64,000 nucleotides of DNA from an uncultured bacterium (GCA_964596185.1 CAZQUE010000001.1:135460-199459), one strand, 5' to 3'. Shown: positions 15,967 through 26,695, counted from the first letter of the stretch. The notes: generated by a model not told the origin, from the letters alone. Program-made: numbers and translations.

Positions 15967-18900
15967 TCAGCGCAACACGGCGATTTTGTGCGTGTATTTA
16001 GCTTTTTTGCTCCAGTTGTCGGGATCTCTGACCGTAATCCTGGCGAAGTAAACGCCATTGGCAACCTGTTTGCCACCCGTTGAGCGCAGATCCCAGAGCA
16101 CATCCTGAACCTGCAGCAAACCGTTGGTTCCGGTTCTGATACTGAGGTTGTTCGAATCAGCGACCTTGTGGCCGGCGACATCGTAGATTTTAACTTCGAT
16201 TTCGCCCCAGTCGACATCAGGTCGATTGGTGCTGATGCGCAGATTTACCCGGGTTCTTGCCGGATTCGGGTATTGATTCACTTCGTAAATGACCAGCGGT
16301 GGCAGAACCTGGAAGCGCAGTGCCGGAGTGACAAGCTGATTGCCTGCTTTGTCGGCCAGCCGCAGCGACATTTCATATTCTCCACCGATCAGATCTTCGG
16401 TCGGAATGAAGCGTGCCATCTTGCCGCTTTCGTCAAACATAACCGGATAGGCTCGGTTGTTCATGATTACCTGACCTTTGGCTAAATCGATTCCTGAACC
16501 CAGTTCGTCAATATTCCAGACGAATGATGGTCGCGGTTCGCGAATCGGTTTATCGGCTTCAATCTTGGTAAGCATGTTGGCGCGTGGTGCAAGAACGTCT
16601 TTCATTATTGCAAAGGTGCCGGGTTCGTTGGCGAAGAATTCGATCTCGCCATCTTTCAGACTGTAGGCGACAGGCTTCCAGCCAAGGCTGAGATCGCTGC
16701 GATACAGGCCGGTGCCGGCTTCGAGCTGCTCGGTGCTGAGCTTGAAGTTGGCTTTGATGTTGCCGGCAATTCTTCCGGCCGCAATGTTGATGCTGTATGC
16801 AGTGCCAACCGGAATCAATTCTTCGGCGCTCTGGCCATCGGTTGCCGCGCTGGCTCTTATCGAACTGACCTGAGCTCTGGTAAGCTCGGCCATTACCGAA
16901 GGAACGATCATGGCAGCTCTGGTTTCGCTGGTGGGCACTTTGCTCAACTGCTCAGGCACGATGGCGACCAGGCTGTTTTCTTTGAGGGTTCCCGGTTCGA
17001 ACAATGCGGTGAAGTTGCGGTCTGGCGACTGCAGCGAGGCTCGCATCGAGGCATTGACGAAGGCCGTTGAGAAGCTCATGTTCGCGGTTCCGGTATTCGT
17101 AGAGATGTCGGTGGCGGTGACCTTGATCGTTGCCACGCCTGGGTAATTCATGTCGAGATGAGCGCCGCCGATGAAGATGCGATTGGTCGGGCCGGCATTG
17201 AGAACCAGCGATACGGCGGTTCCACCACTCTGGGTGATGACAGCTGTCGGAGCTCCTGACAAATCTTCATTTGAGCTGACGGCGATGCTGAAATCGAATT
17301 CATTGGCCGGGTTGCTGAATGCTGTGATGGTCAATACCGGCGGTGTGATGTCCTGACCCTGGAAGGTAACCCGGGCCAGTGAACTGTCGCTCGGGTTGCC
17401 GAAGAGATCTTCCACTCCAGAGGCGACGATAGTGTAGTTTCTGGTTTCAACGATGTCGTCATAAGCCGTGATCGTTACCGATTTCAGATCCGCACGCAGG
17501 CTTACCGACTCGATCGCAATTGTGTCGGTGCCGCTGGTGAGGTTGTAGTTGCCAACCTGCTGTGCGGTAATGTTCTCGATCTGTTCATCGAAGACGATAT
17601 TGAATTTTTTCTGAGAATTCAGACCGTCATAAGTGATCGCTGTAATGATCGGGCCAAGAGTGTCGGCGGTAAACAGTCCGGTGTTGTTGCCGGAAGTGAT
17701 CGGATCATCGTCGATACTTCTGAAACCCGGGTTAACAGTCAGGGTGTAGTTGGTGTTGTGAGTAAGTGGGTAGGTGAGCGGTATTTCGACGGTGTTGTCG
17801 TTTACGGTTATCGGGGTTACTGCACCGATGCCGACCGGAGTGGCCGGAGACAGGCTGTAATTGCTGGGTATTCCAGCATCAGCAGGATTGACCGCGTGGC
17901 TGAAAGTGACCCTGATATGGTCTTTGTCGATCTGCGCAACACTGGTAACCTTGAATACGGAGTTCACAACGGTGATGTCTTTGGTAACATCGGTGGATTC
18001 GTTTCCGGCCAGATCGGTTACCGACAGTTTGTATGTGCCGTCGACGACTGGCTGTCTGTTTGAATCCTTGCCATCCCATTCAACTTTGAACGGAGTCGCG
18101 GTTTCTTCAAGCAGCAGCTCGCGAACCAGCGAGGAGCCGGTGGTAATTCTTACCAGTGCGGTTCCAGAACTGACGCTGGCGTCGTTACTGCCAACTTCTA
18201 TTCGCAAAGGTGTGACGTTTGGATTGAAGCGGTTCACTTCATTGCCGTTGTCGACACGATATGTTCTGATATCGATTATAGATGGGGCTGTGCGGTCCAT
18301 GACCAGGGTTCCGGTAGCTATGCTGCCGACACCAAGAGGATCGCCGATATTGCCGGCATAATCGACGATGTTAACCATGTATTCGCCGTCGACAAGTGTG
18401 CCTTGCGGAGAGTTGGTGTCTTTGCCGTCGAAGCTGATGGTATAGCCGCCGCCACTCAGACCGGTCATCGGATAAGTGTCGGTCGAGAGGCCTGGGTTAA
18501 CCAGTCGCATTTTCAAGGCATCGCCTGAAGCAGGTCCGAAGGCATCGATCTTGGCAAAAGAACTGACCAGCGGGCTGAAATAGGCTTTGTTGTTGTAGGT
18601 TCGCACGTTACTGAACCGCCATGAAGTTACAACCGGAGCTTTGCCATCATATACGATGCTGCCGCGTTTGCTGGCTTCATTGCCGGCGTCGTCATAAACC
18701 CTGAGAACATAGGTTGTCGGTCCGGATTCGCCTACCAGGGTGCCACCAATGGTGCCATCCCAGTTGGCAGTGCCGGTAAGACCGCTGACTGTTATTGGCA
18801 GTGATTCTCGCAGAGCGTCGCCCTGGAAAATTTGCAGCCAGAGACTGGTTGCCAACGGCGCAGTCTGGAAGTTGATTGTAACTGTCGCGATTCCAGGGGC

Positions 18901-21900
18901 AACGTATGGGCTGAAGGGTTGATTATTCACGTCACCTGAAGGTGAAGTTAATTTTGCAGTGGTCGACTGATAGGTTGAAACGACGAATGAGTCGATGTTT
19001 GGCCCTTTTGACCTGATCTGCAGCTGACTTGGCAGGGCGACTTCGTTGTTGCCGCGGTTGCCGGCCTCATCATAGCCACCGGAAACGTAGTAGGTATAAG
19101 TGCCTTGCGGGGTATTGGCATCAAAGTTGGCAGAGTTGGTAAACCTTGCGGTGTAAGAATCCACCCATGACTGGAAAGTGAAGGACATAACGGTGTTAAG
19201 GCCATCACCAAGTCGCAGTTGCGGCTGGAAGCCACTGCCAACTGTCTGATCCATGGGTTCGTCGAAGGTTACTTCGAATTGCGCTGAATTTGCAGGAGTT
19301 ATACCGATCGTGCCGGTGGGAATTGCCGACAGCGGCACTGGCAGTTGATTGTCGAGCATCAGTGTGTAGCTTGCATTCTTGAAACCATTGACCGAATTGT
19401 CTTTGTCGCTGAGATTGTAAGAAAGCGAAGCTGTGTCGGTGTAGGTTGTCGGGCTGAAAACATCGGCATAGCCGCTGACTTCAACAAAACATGGTCTTCT
19501 TTGCAGATTTGAAGCGGTAAGGTCGCTGTTATTGGCAAATCTGGCTACAGTCCTGGTTATACCACCCTGAACATGATCGAGCCAGGCGATGAAGGTCGCG
19601 GTATCCTTGGGATTGACCTGATCATCCTGAGTGAAGAGTTTCAGGGTTGGAACCTTGGTCCTGTCTATGGGTATGTAGACATCTGCAGAAAGAGTTGCAG
19701 TGTTGAACGCTACTTCATAGTAGAAGTTGCCGACCGGTTGCCCTTTGCAAAGCTGAATCTGCTGAGCTGAAATCGATTTGGCCGGAGTGACTGCCAGGGT
19801 TTGGATTGCCGGGGGGGCAATGATCATCGGGAAAGTGACATTGATGATTTTCTGGGCAGTGCCACCCTGAACCGGGTAGCGAATGCTGCCATTGCCCCAA
19901 AGGTCGACGAACGCGCTTTCTGAACAGGCAATGAAGAATTCACTGGTTCCCCAGCTGAGCATGGTTCTGAGAGCTTCCGAAGTCAGCGGGATGGTTACCA
20001 CGTTCGAGGCATAGTCGGTGTTGTAAGTTTTGTAGGCAGTGTAATCAACCATCGTCTGGTTCAAGGGAATCGAACCATCGGTCAGGTCTGATTTGGCATA
20101 GAGATAGATTCTTGACAGGTCAACCGGCAGGTCACGGCTGAGTTCAATCGTTTCGGCCAGGTTTTTGTAAGGATCGAGATAAAGCCGGGCGCGTCTGAGG
20201 GGTGCTTTCTGGAATTCAATCTTGAGGAGCGGCTGTGCGCCTGAAAGATCGAGAGAAATTGCGCCATCGTCAATGGAGAATTGGCTGTTGAGAGGAATAA
20301 GAGTTGCCGGAGTCGCAACGGTGTAGTGAATCGGCATTACTCTATTGCCTTCGAAGTCTCTGATCAAAGGATCCGGATCGAATGGATCGGGTGGTTCATA
20401 CTCGGTTCCATTCACCTGCAGATGGAATTGTGCGCCGGTTCGGCCGTAATTAAGCGCGATCCAGTCTTTGGCTTGTTGCGAGAGCAGAATTTTCAATCTT
20501 CTGATGTCCATGTCGAATACCGCGTCGGGCGCAGCAGCAGTAATGAAGCGGTAGCGATTGGCATAGGTGTCAGAAGGATTGCCGCGGTTTTTCCAGATGG
20601 AAAGGTTGCGCAAGCTGTCATTGGTTATCGAGTTGGGATCCATATCCTTGTCGAAGTCGACATAGAGATAATCGGATTCAGAGGGCACATTGGCATTGTA
20701 ATAGCCGGTAACCAGCTTGGGTCTGGTCGTATAAACCGTGGGAATATTGACACTGGTGCTGGCAAGAGTTCTGGGCAGGGGCTGCAGCCAGTTGCCCGCT
20801 TCATCGAGAGCGATTGGATCATAGGTGTTCGGGGTTGCTTCACCGTTTGTCGTGCTGTGAGCCACCGAGATGTAGAGGTTGGTCTGGCCCCAATCGGCGA
20901 CAATCGCTTTGGTGCCGGTAGAAAGCATGACCTGAATCCGGTCGCTTGGGTAGGATTCGAAGATCGTGTCGTTGACCGGGTCAAGTGCTCTTGCTGCTCC
21001 GGGAATCTGAATGTCGTCATGATCCATTTTGCTGCCAATGCGAACCTTGTCGAGGTTCGTCTGAAAGAGTATTGGATCAATGGTTTCGGTAAAGTTCATC
21101 GTGAGAATGCGACCGTCATAACTGGCCGATTCAAGGCGCGGGCGAGTTGTATCGACGGCGAGTTCGTGATCGACGTATGTGTAGTTACCGGCGCCGTCGC
21201 GAACGTAGATTCTGAAGGTTCTGGTCGCCAAATCGAAGGTATTGGTTGCCAGTTCCATCGGCAGTGAATAGACTGTCAGCGGATTCTGAATCTGAGTCAG
21301 CTTATAGGTCGAGGTTGCTTCGATTTGTGAGAAGTCGACGAAGGCCATGCCGTTGCCGGTGACGTCGCCGGTATTGGTAACCGTTACCGAAGCCACGATT
21401 CCGTCGGGTGCGACTCGGTCACCTTCGCTTGGTCGGTAACCATCGCCAACGTTGGCGGCCCAGTTCTGCAGGTTGCGATTTTCGACGCGCAGATTAGAAT
21501 CGGTGATGACCGGAGGATCGTTGTCGATGGTGAAAGTAGCCAGCTTGAGTGCGCTGCTGACAATGTTCTGGGCATCGTCAGAAGCATAAACTCTGAATCT
21601 GGGGGTTTCACCATTCATTGCCGGCCAGCCGGTAATGGTTGTCGTAGCAACTCTGAACATACCTTCCCAGATTTCAGTGCCGGGCAGGTTGTAGATCGGA
21701 GTTCGGAAAGCTTCGGTGACGTTGTCGGCCCGATAGAGAATGAAGGTCGCTGAACCCGGGTCATCGAATTTCTTGATTTCGGTTCTTACGTAAAGAAGAT
21801 CGTCGATATTGATGCTGTTTGAAGCAATGTTGTCTTCATTTTCATCAAGAACCGAAAGAATAATGTTCTGTGGGTCAGGTAGCTTGGTGTCGACACCGAA

Positions 21901-24900
21901 TGGCGAATCTGGGTCGCAGGTAATGGTGGTAGATGCGAGAATGATCGAGCTTGCATCAGGATGCAGAACTCTTACGCCGAAGCTGGCAATCGGAGTGTCA
22001 ACGTTTCCGGCACTTACTGTGAAAGTGTCGCGATATACATAGTTTCCGGCTCCGCTGATCGGGAAAGGCTGGTAGGTCAGCGGGGTCCAGTAGGTTTTCA
22101 TGTCGCCGTCATAGTATGCCGAGTTGGCATCATCGGCAGAGGCGCTGGTGATACTGCGGATATCAGCCAGAACTGTTGCCGGCGGAGCATTGTCGGCGCT
22201 GTAAAGCGAAGTCATTACTACGGTCAGGGTGACCTGGTCGCCGGGATTGGCAATCTGGTTCTGCTCCCAGCTCGGCACAGCATCCAGGCTCAGATCGGCT
22301 CTTGATTGCGGATAAGATGCAAAAGTCGGGGTTTTCGACAGGAATCTTATTGAATTGGTATAGCCGTATTTCATGTTGCCCGAGGCGTCATAAGCGAGAA
22401 TGGTCAGCGAGCCAACCGTTCCGAGACCTTCGGGAACGGTCCATTCGTAAACGTATTCGCCCAAAACCGGCGGCGGGAACAGAGTCGGGCCAGGAGGTGT
22501 CAGACCATTCGCCAGATAAAGATTGGTGAAATCGATCATCGGGAGAATGTCGTCGTTATTGGTGACTCTCAGTCTTATCTGAATAACGTCATTGAGATTG
22601 GCCTCGTTGAGGCGGCCCTGATCGACAACGAAAGCGATCGGGTAAATTTCAAGTTTTGGCGGGCTGTTATCGATAAAGACTTTGGTTGTCGTGGTCTGAA
22701 CGATTTCGTTGCCGTTAACATCGGTAAGTTTGATGTTGAAGGCGGTTTCTTCGTTATTGGTAGAACCCGGAATGGGCATGTAGTCAGCGGTTGCTATCCA
22801 GCCGCCGGCAGTTGAGGTATAAGGAATCTGTCGGGCAGTGTCGTTGATGCCGAGTTTGGTCAGATCAACGGTGGCGGTGCCCATGTCTCCGGTATTACCA
22901 GAAATGTTGATTTCGATTCTGACGACGTCGGTAGCTACGCTCGGATAGGTGGTATAAATACCATCGAGGTCGACGATGGTATTGCCATTGTTATCGTAAA
23001 CCTGGGTAACGGTGCAGGTATTGATCGTCAGAGGTTTATTGTCGACGAACATTGCTTCGGTAGAGCCCAGAGCACGGTTGCCGGCGTTATCCGTCAACTC
23101 AACGGTGAGCGAAATGGTTTCGCCATCGGTAGAGCCTTCGGTTACTGTGTGGGTGTAACCGTAAATGCCGTCGTTGGCAAGATTGTCGTTGTGTGCGCCA
23201 TCGTCATAAAGAACCTGCGCTGAGTTGCCGCCGAGGGAAGTAAGATTTACCATCGGGGTGCCGCCATCGACGCGGGTCAGGTCAGCCTTGGCGGTTATAG
23301 TAACTTTATCACCGATGTTTACTACACCGGTTTTGCCCTTGAGTTCCTGAACAGTTGCTGAAGCATACATGATCACTGGCGGTCGACAATCGACTTCGAA
23401 GGTGCTCGACAGCGAATTCATGGTATTGCCGGCTTTATCGGAAACGATGGCTCTGAAAACATAGCTGGTGCTTTCCATGGCTGCTTCTGCGCAGTCATGC
23501 ACCAGATAATATCTGAGCAGCACCGGATCGTAATTCATGATATAGCCGCTGGGGCCACCGACATACGAAAGATCGATGGTGCAGGTTCCGGAATCGGGAT
23601 CGGTTACGGGTACGATTATTTCGAGACGGTCGCCGATGTTAACGACTCCTGATTTGTTCAGGTCGGTCATATAGTTGATTGCCATCGGTCCGACATCTGG
23701 TTTCTTGTTGTCGATGTGGACGTAAATTGTGTTTGAAACGGCGTTTCCGGCGTTGTCTTCAGCCTGATAGGTGAAGTAATGGTCGTCATTGAGGTCGCCG
23801 TCGGTAACATCGACGGTTACCGTGTAGGTTCCGACGCCATCATAAACCATGTTCACCGGAGTGGTCTGACCGAATTCGGTAAGTGAGACTTTAACCGTTT
23901 CCTGGTCATGAACAGAAGCAGCGGCGCTCGCAAGTTGCACGAAGAAACTTAAGCGGTCATTGATTCGGACGTATGGGTGAGTTGCTGAAATGGCGGGTGA
24001 CGAAGTGTAACGACTGCCGAGAATTTTGGGCATTTCGTTGTCGATGCTGATTGTGTTCGCAACGGTATAAACGGTATTACCGGCATCATCCGCGGCATAA
24101 ATGGTGAAAGCGACGTTCTGGTCATAGAATGTGCCGACAGTCGGGTCACCAACCGTATGGTCGAGGCGATAAATCGTGCCGGAATAAGGTGACAGGGTGC
24201 TGCTGGCTGTGCCGCCAATTCTTTCGAAATTGGTCCAGATACTGCCGCCGTCAATATTGGCCAGAGTGGCCTGAATGGCGATCTGATCACCGTATTTTAC
24301 GGTTTTGCCAGGCCTTGATACGTTCTGGGTTTGTCCGGCGCTGATCGTCGGCGGATAGTTGTCTACGTAAAGAATTGGCAGAACGACCTGACTGATCTGG
24401 TTGCCGGCAGTGTCTTTTGCAGTAACCGTGAAAGCTCTTGGGGTAGTGTTTTCTGAGGTGAACTGATGAATGTCATACCAGAGTTCAAATGTAGTGGTTG
24501 CACTATTATTGAACGGGATGATCTGATTTGGAATTCCACCGATGCCGCTTAGGTCAACGGTTATTACGACATCGTTCATCAGGCTGGAAAGGTTGCCGTA
24601 GAAGTGCAGCTGGTCGCCGATGATAGCGATGTTGTCGTTGGGAACACCGCCTTTTTCAACCATTTCTACGCCAAAGGGCAGGGCGAATTCGGGCGGAATA
24701 TTGTCAAGAGCAAGAGGGTTAGAGTTTCTCGGCGAACTTTCGTTGCCGACATCGTCAGTGGCTCTAACTTCAAAGGTGATGAAGTTGCTCTGAACGTCGG
24801 GAACATCGGCCAGATAATAGTCATACTGGAAAGTAGCTTCCGAGCCAACTGTTCCAGCTGTGCGGATCATGGTGATACCGGCCGGGAAAAGTATTGGATG

Positions 24901-25749
24901 AGTGACGACGACTTTGTCATAGTCGTATTTGTCGATTACAGCCTGAATTCTGATTGTGTCGCCTGAGGTAACCCAGGATTTGCCAGTGGTCATGTTTACG
25001 GCAGTTACAGATTGAATTTCAGGTTCGACTGTGTCGTAGTTAACTGAAAGATCCCACTGACGGGTGTTGCCGGCATCATCTGTGGCCGATACGGTCAGAG
25101 GAGTAGCGGTGCCTTCACGGTTGTTGGGAAAAGTAAGCGAGAGCTGGTAAACCGGAGCTGAGTCCGGGCCGCCGACGCGAGAAAAAATATGGCTTGCGCC
25201 CAGACCGATGCTGGTAAGATTGGCTCTGGGGATGTCGCCATCGAGCGAGCTGTTCATGGTGATATCGATCTGAATGTTGTCACCAATTTTGAAATAGCTG
25301 CTGGTACCGGTTCCACCGGTAACGCTCGGACCATATTGTGAAAAAGGCCTTCTATTGTCTATCAGTAAGCTACCGCCAACTCTGACACCATCTTCGTCAG
25401 AAAATTGGAATGATTGGGCAGTATTGTTTTCCACGTTACCGGGCGAAACGGTCAAAAATGCGGAGTAGAAGTTACCGGCGATGTTTGGCAGAGGGAAATA
25501 GGGGTTGCCGAACTGGCTGAGGTTGACGAACGGATACTGGCTTGTATCGGTAGTTGTCGAGCGACAACTGAAAGTGATCGTGTCGCCAATACCGGCAATG
25601 CCGTCGCCGTTCAAGTCTGAAGACAATACGGCTACCTGGTTGGATACTAGTGCCCAACCTGATGTGATTGTACCCAGAAGCAGGTATAGTATCAATATGC
25701 TTCTGAATACCCTGTTGATAAATTTTCTGTCTGCCTTTTTGATCGCCAT
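15967..25749 (-). CDS. Giant (3260 aa) secreted cadherin/Ig-like repeat surface protein with T9SS C-terminal sorting domain
   Basis: N-terminal signal peptide. There are more than 20 modules separated by cadherin-like linkers xIDNxPPxI (ALDNIPPEF, YVDNYPPTI, HIDNKKPDV, TIDNDPPVI...). The C-terminal ~90 aa (...YPNPARTRVNLRIS...VKIYDVAGHKV...WDLR...GKQVANGVYFARI...KIAVLR) matches the T9SS CTD (Por_Secre_tail-like). GGAGGA SD. Confidence 0.85.
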   Translation of the reverse strand: MAIKKADRKFINRVFRSILILYLLLGTITSGWALVSNQVAVLSSDLNGDGIAGIGDTITFSCRSTTTDTSQYPFVNLSQFGNPYFPLPNIAGNFYSAFLTVSPGNVENNTAQSFQFSDEDGVRVGGSLLIDNRRPFSQYGPSVTGGTGTSSYFKIGDNIQIDITMNSSLDGDIPRANLTSIGLGASHIFSRVGGPDSAPVYQLSLTFPNNREGTATPLTVSATDDAGNTRQWDLSVNYDTVEPEIQSVTAVNMTTGKSWVTSGDTIRIQAVIDKYDYDKVVVTHPILFPAGITMIRTAGTVGSEATFQYDYYLADVPDVQSNFITFEVRATDDVGNESSPRNSNPLALDNIPPEFALPFGVEMVEKGGVPNDNIAIIGDQLHFYGNLSSLMNDVVITVDLSGIGGIPNQIIPFNNSATTTFELWYDIHQFTSENTTPRAFTVTAKDTAGNQISQVVLPILYVDNYPPTISAGQTQNVSRPGKTVKYGDQIAIQATLANIDGGSIWTNFERIGGTASSTLSPYSGTIYRLDHTVGDPTVGTFYDQNVAFTIYAADDAGNTVYTVANTISIDNEMPKILGSRYTSSPAISATHPYVRINDRLSFFVQLASAAASVHDQETVKVSLTEFGQTTPVNMVYDGVGTYTVTVDVTDGDLNDDHYFTYQAEDNAGNAVSNTIYVHIDNKKPDVGPMAINYMTDLNKSGVVNIGDRLEIIVPVTDPDSGTCTIDLSYVGGPSGYIMNYDPVLLRYYLVHDCAEAAMESTSYVFRAIVSDKAGNTMNSLSSTFEVDCRPPVIMYASATVQELKGKTGVVNIGDKVTITAKADLTRVDGGTPMVNLTSLGGNSAQVLYDDGAHNDNLANDGIYGYTHTVTEGSTDGETISLTVELTDNAGNRALGSTEAMFVDNKPLTINTCTVTQVYDNNGNTIVDLDGIYTTYPSVATDVVRIEINISGNTGDMGTATVDLTKLGINDTARQIPYTSTAGGWIATADYMPIPGSTNNEETAFNIKLTDVNGNEIVQTTTTKVFIDNSPPKLEIYPIAFVVDQGRLNEANLNDVIQIRLRVTNNDDILPMIDFTNLYLANGLTPPGPTLFPPPVLGEYVYEWTVPEGLGTVGSLTILAYDASGNMKYGYTNSIRFLSKTPTFASYPQSRADLSLDAVPSWEQNQIANPGDQVTLTVVMTSLYSADNAPPATVLADIRSITSASADDANSAYYDGDMKTYWTPLTYQPFPISGAGNYVYRDTFTVSAGNVDTPIASFGVRVLHPDASSIILASTTITCDPDSPFGVDTKLPDPQNIILSVLDENEDNIASNSINIDDLLYVRTEIKKFDDPGSATFILYRADNVTEAFRTPIYNLPGTEIWEGMFRVATTTITGWPAMNGETPRFRVYASDDAQNIVSSALKLATFTIDNDPPVITDSNLRVENRNLQNWAANVGDGYRPSEGDRVAPDGIVASVTVTNTGDVTGNGMAFVDFSQIEATSTYKLTQIQNPLTVYSLPMELATNTFDLATRTFRIYVRDGAGNYTYVDHELAVDTTRPRLESASYDGRILTMNFTETIDPILFQTNLDKVRIGSKMDHDDIQIPGAARALDPVNDTIFESYPSDRIQVMLSTGTKAIVADWGQTNLYISVAHSTTNGEATPNTYDPIALDEAGNWLQPLPRTLASTSVNIPTVYTTRPKLVTGYYNANVPSESDYLYVDFDKDMDPNSITNDSLRNLSIWKNRGNPSDTYANRYRFITAAAPDAVFDMDIRRLKILLSQQAKDWIALNYGRTGAQFHLQVNGTEYEPPDPFDPDPLIRDFEGNRVMPIHYTVATPATLIPLNSQFSIDDGAISLDLSGAQPLLKIEFQKAPLRRARLYLDPYKNLAETIELSRDLPVDLSRIYLYAKSDLTDGSIPLNQTMVDYTAYKTYNTDYASNVVTIPLTSEALRTMLSWGTSEFFIACSESAFVDLWGNGSIRYPVQGGTAQKIINVTFPMIIAPPAIQTLAVTPAKSISAQQIQLCKGQPVGNFYYEVAFNTATLSADVYIPIDRTKVPTLKLFTQDDQVNPKDTATFIAWLDHVQGGITRTVARFANNSDLTASNLQRRPCFVEVSGYADVFSPTTYTDTASLSYNLSDKDNSVNGFKNASYTLMLDNQLPVPLSAIPTGTIGITPANSAQFEVTFDEPMDQTVGSGFQPQLRLGDGLNTVMSFTFQSWVDSYTARFTNSANFDANTPQGTYTYYVSGGYDEAGNRGNNEVALPSQLQIRSKGPNIDSFVVSTYQSTTAKLTSPSGDVNNQPFSPYVAPGIATVTINFQTAPLATSLWLQIFQGDALRESLPITVSGLTGTANWDGTIGGTLVGESGPTTYVLRVYDDAGNEASKRGSIVYDGKAPVVTSWRFSNVRTYNNKAYFSPLVSSFAKIDAFGPASGDALKMRLVNPGLSTDTYPMTGLSGGGYTISFDGKDTNSPQGTLVDGEYMVNIVDYAGNIGDPLGVGSIATGTLVMDRTAPSIIDIRTYRVDNGNEVNRFNPNVTPLRIEVGSNDASVSSGTALVRITTGSSLVRELLLEETATPFKVEWDGKDSNRQPVVDGTYKLSVTDLAGNESTDVTKDITVVNSVFKVTSVAQIDKDHIRVTFSHAVNPADAGIPSNYSLSPATPVGIGAVTPITVNDNTVEIPLTYPLTHNTNYTLTVNPGFRSIDDDPITSGNNTGLFTADTLGPIITAITYDGLNSQKKFNIVFDEQIENITAQQVGNYNLTSGTDTIAIESVSLRADLKSVTITAYDDIVETRNYTIVASGVEDLFGNPSDSSLARVTFQGQDITPPVLTITAFSNPANEFDFSIAVSSNEDLSGAPTAVITQSGGTAVSLVLNAGPTNRIFIGGAHLDMNYPGVATIKVTATDISTNTGTANMSFSTAFVNASMRASLQSPDRNFTALFEPGTLKENSLVAIVPEQLSKVPTSETRAAMIVPSVMAELTRAQVSSIRASAATDGQSAEELIPVGTAYSINIAAGRIAGNIKANFKLSTEQLEAGTGLYRSDLSLGWKPVAYSLKDGEIEFFANEPGTFAIMKDVLAPRANMLTKIEADKPIREPRPSFVWNIDELGSGIDLAKGQVIMNNRAYPVMFDESGKMARFIPTEDLIGGEYEMSLRLADKAGNQLVTPALRFQVLPPLVIYEVNQYPNPARTRVNLRISTNRPDVDWGEIEVKIYDVAGHKVADSNNLSIRTGTNGLLQVQDVLWDLRSTGGKQVANGVYFARITVRDPDNWSKKAKYTHKIAVLR

Positions 25750-25842
25750 GTAAATGGTTCCTCCGCGGTAGTGGAACTGATAGTTTTCGACTATTCAGTT
25801 AGTTAATCGGCACTTCGTAGAGAAACCTGTAGAAAAAAAACA

Positions 25843-25878
25843 ATAAAAAAAGGCCGGGGCGCGTTAACGCACCCCGGC
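25843..25878 (-). terminator. Rho-independent terminator between the two adhesin cassettes
   Basis: GC-rich hairpin ggccggggcgcg-ttaa-cgcaccccggc (25852-25878) with a plus-strand A-run at 25843-25851. On the minus strand that is a T-run following the hairpin, downstream of the lipoprotein stop at 25913. Confidence 0.55.
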
Positions 25879-25912
25879 TTTTCCCTAAACTCCCATTCAA
25901 TGGGATGTTACG

Positions 25913-26692
25913 CTATATACCGGTCAGGCCGGCTTTTTTCAATGTGTTGTAAATCTGGGCAACCGAAGAGGTCGAAGAGCTGTCGGCGCTTCTGGCAGCG
26001 AGAATCTGGGCTCTGGCTTTGTCGTCGTCGCCGACATTGCCGCGCCAGAAATATGCGTATGCAGTCATGGCGTGAGCTTCTGCCGAGCTGATTCCGATTG
26101 AAGTATGTTCCAGAGTCAGCAGGTAGCTCGGGTCACCCAGGCCTATCTGCTCAAAAATATCGACCGCCTGACTGACCGAAGAGGTGGTGCTTTGTTGAAC
26201 CAGGCCCATGGCATAACCAAGCAACGATTCCGGCAGACTTCCGGCCTGCATGAAATCTGACATACCCGACATGGTGTCGTAGTTTTTGACCTTGGCCCAG
26301 CCGCGGCCATTATAAGCCTGCTGGCGTTGTTCGGTTGTGGCGTTATTGTCCCCAAGGACGCTGTCGAAGTAAAGAATTGCTCCGCTCCAGTTGCCGTAAT
26401 CCATGGCTGACCAGGCGTTGGTAAGTTTCTGGGAAACTGTTGTGCCGGTGCCTGTACCCGTTCCAGTCGATGTGCCCGTGCCTGTTGAGGTTCCGGTTCC
26501 TGTTGAGGTTCCTGTTCCTGTCGAAGTTCCAGTGCCGGTGCCCGTTATGATCGGGCCGGTGGGGTTTTCGCCCGGCAATATTTGACGACCGCTGCCGCCA
26601 CCCCCACCACCGCAGCCAATCGTCAGAACAATGGCGGCGCACATCAGTGAGAAAAAGATACTGAGAAATGTATATCGCTGTTTTTTTTGCAT
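25913..26692 (-). CDS. Lipoprotein with (GTGTS)n linker and TPR-like domain (cassette 2)
   Basis: Lipobox LTIGC. Gly-Thr-Ser repeat GTGTGTSTGTGTSTGTGTSTGTGTSTGTGTGTGT. Paralog of the 15245..15940 lipoprotein. The start codon sits 3 nt after the giant ORF stop. Confidence 0.6.
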   Translation of the reverse strand: MQKKQRYTFLSIFFSLMCAAIVLTIGCGGGGGGSGRQILPGENPTGPIITGTGTGTSTGTGTSTGTGTSTGTGTSTGTGTGTGTTVSQKLTNAWSAMDYGNWSGAILYFDSVLGDNNATTEQRQQAYNGRGWAKVKNYDTMSGMSDFMQAGSLPESLLGYAMGLVQQSTTSSVSQAVDIFEQIGLGDPSYLLTLEHTSIGISSAEAHAMTAYAYFWRGNVGDDDKARAQILAARSADSSSTSSVAQIYNTLKKAGLTGI

Positions 26693-26695
26693 GGA

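Noticed and set aside
20281-21267. 328-aa plus-strand ORF, and many other 60-170-aa ORFs, inside and antisense to the giant adhesin genes (for example 27953..28837, 38129..38656, 17861..18361)
   Set aside because: They lie wholly inside a continuous 9.8 or 13.9 kb minus-strand ORF that has a strong SD, a signal peptide and a C-terminal sorting domain. They have low-complexity G/V/R-rich composition typical of antisense frames and no starts with an RBS.
26403-26585. ORF encoding a PVPVPV...EVPVPV repeat peptide
   Set aside because: It is the antisense reading of the lipoprotein Gly-Thr-Ser repeat. The repeat periodicity creates it as an artefact.
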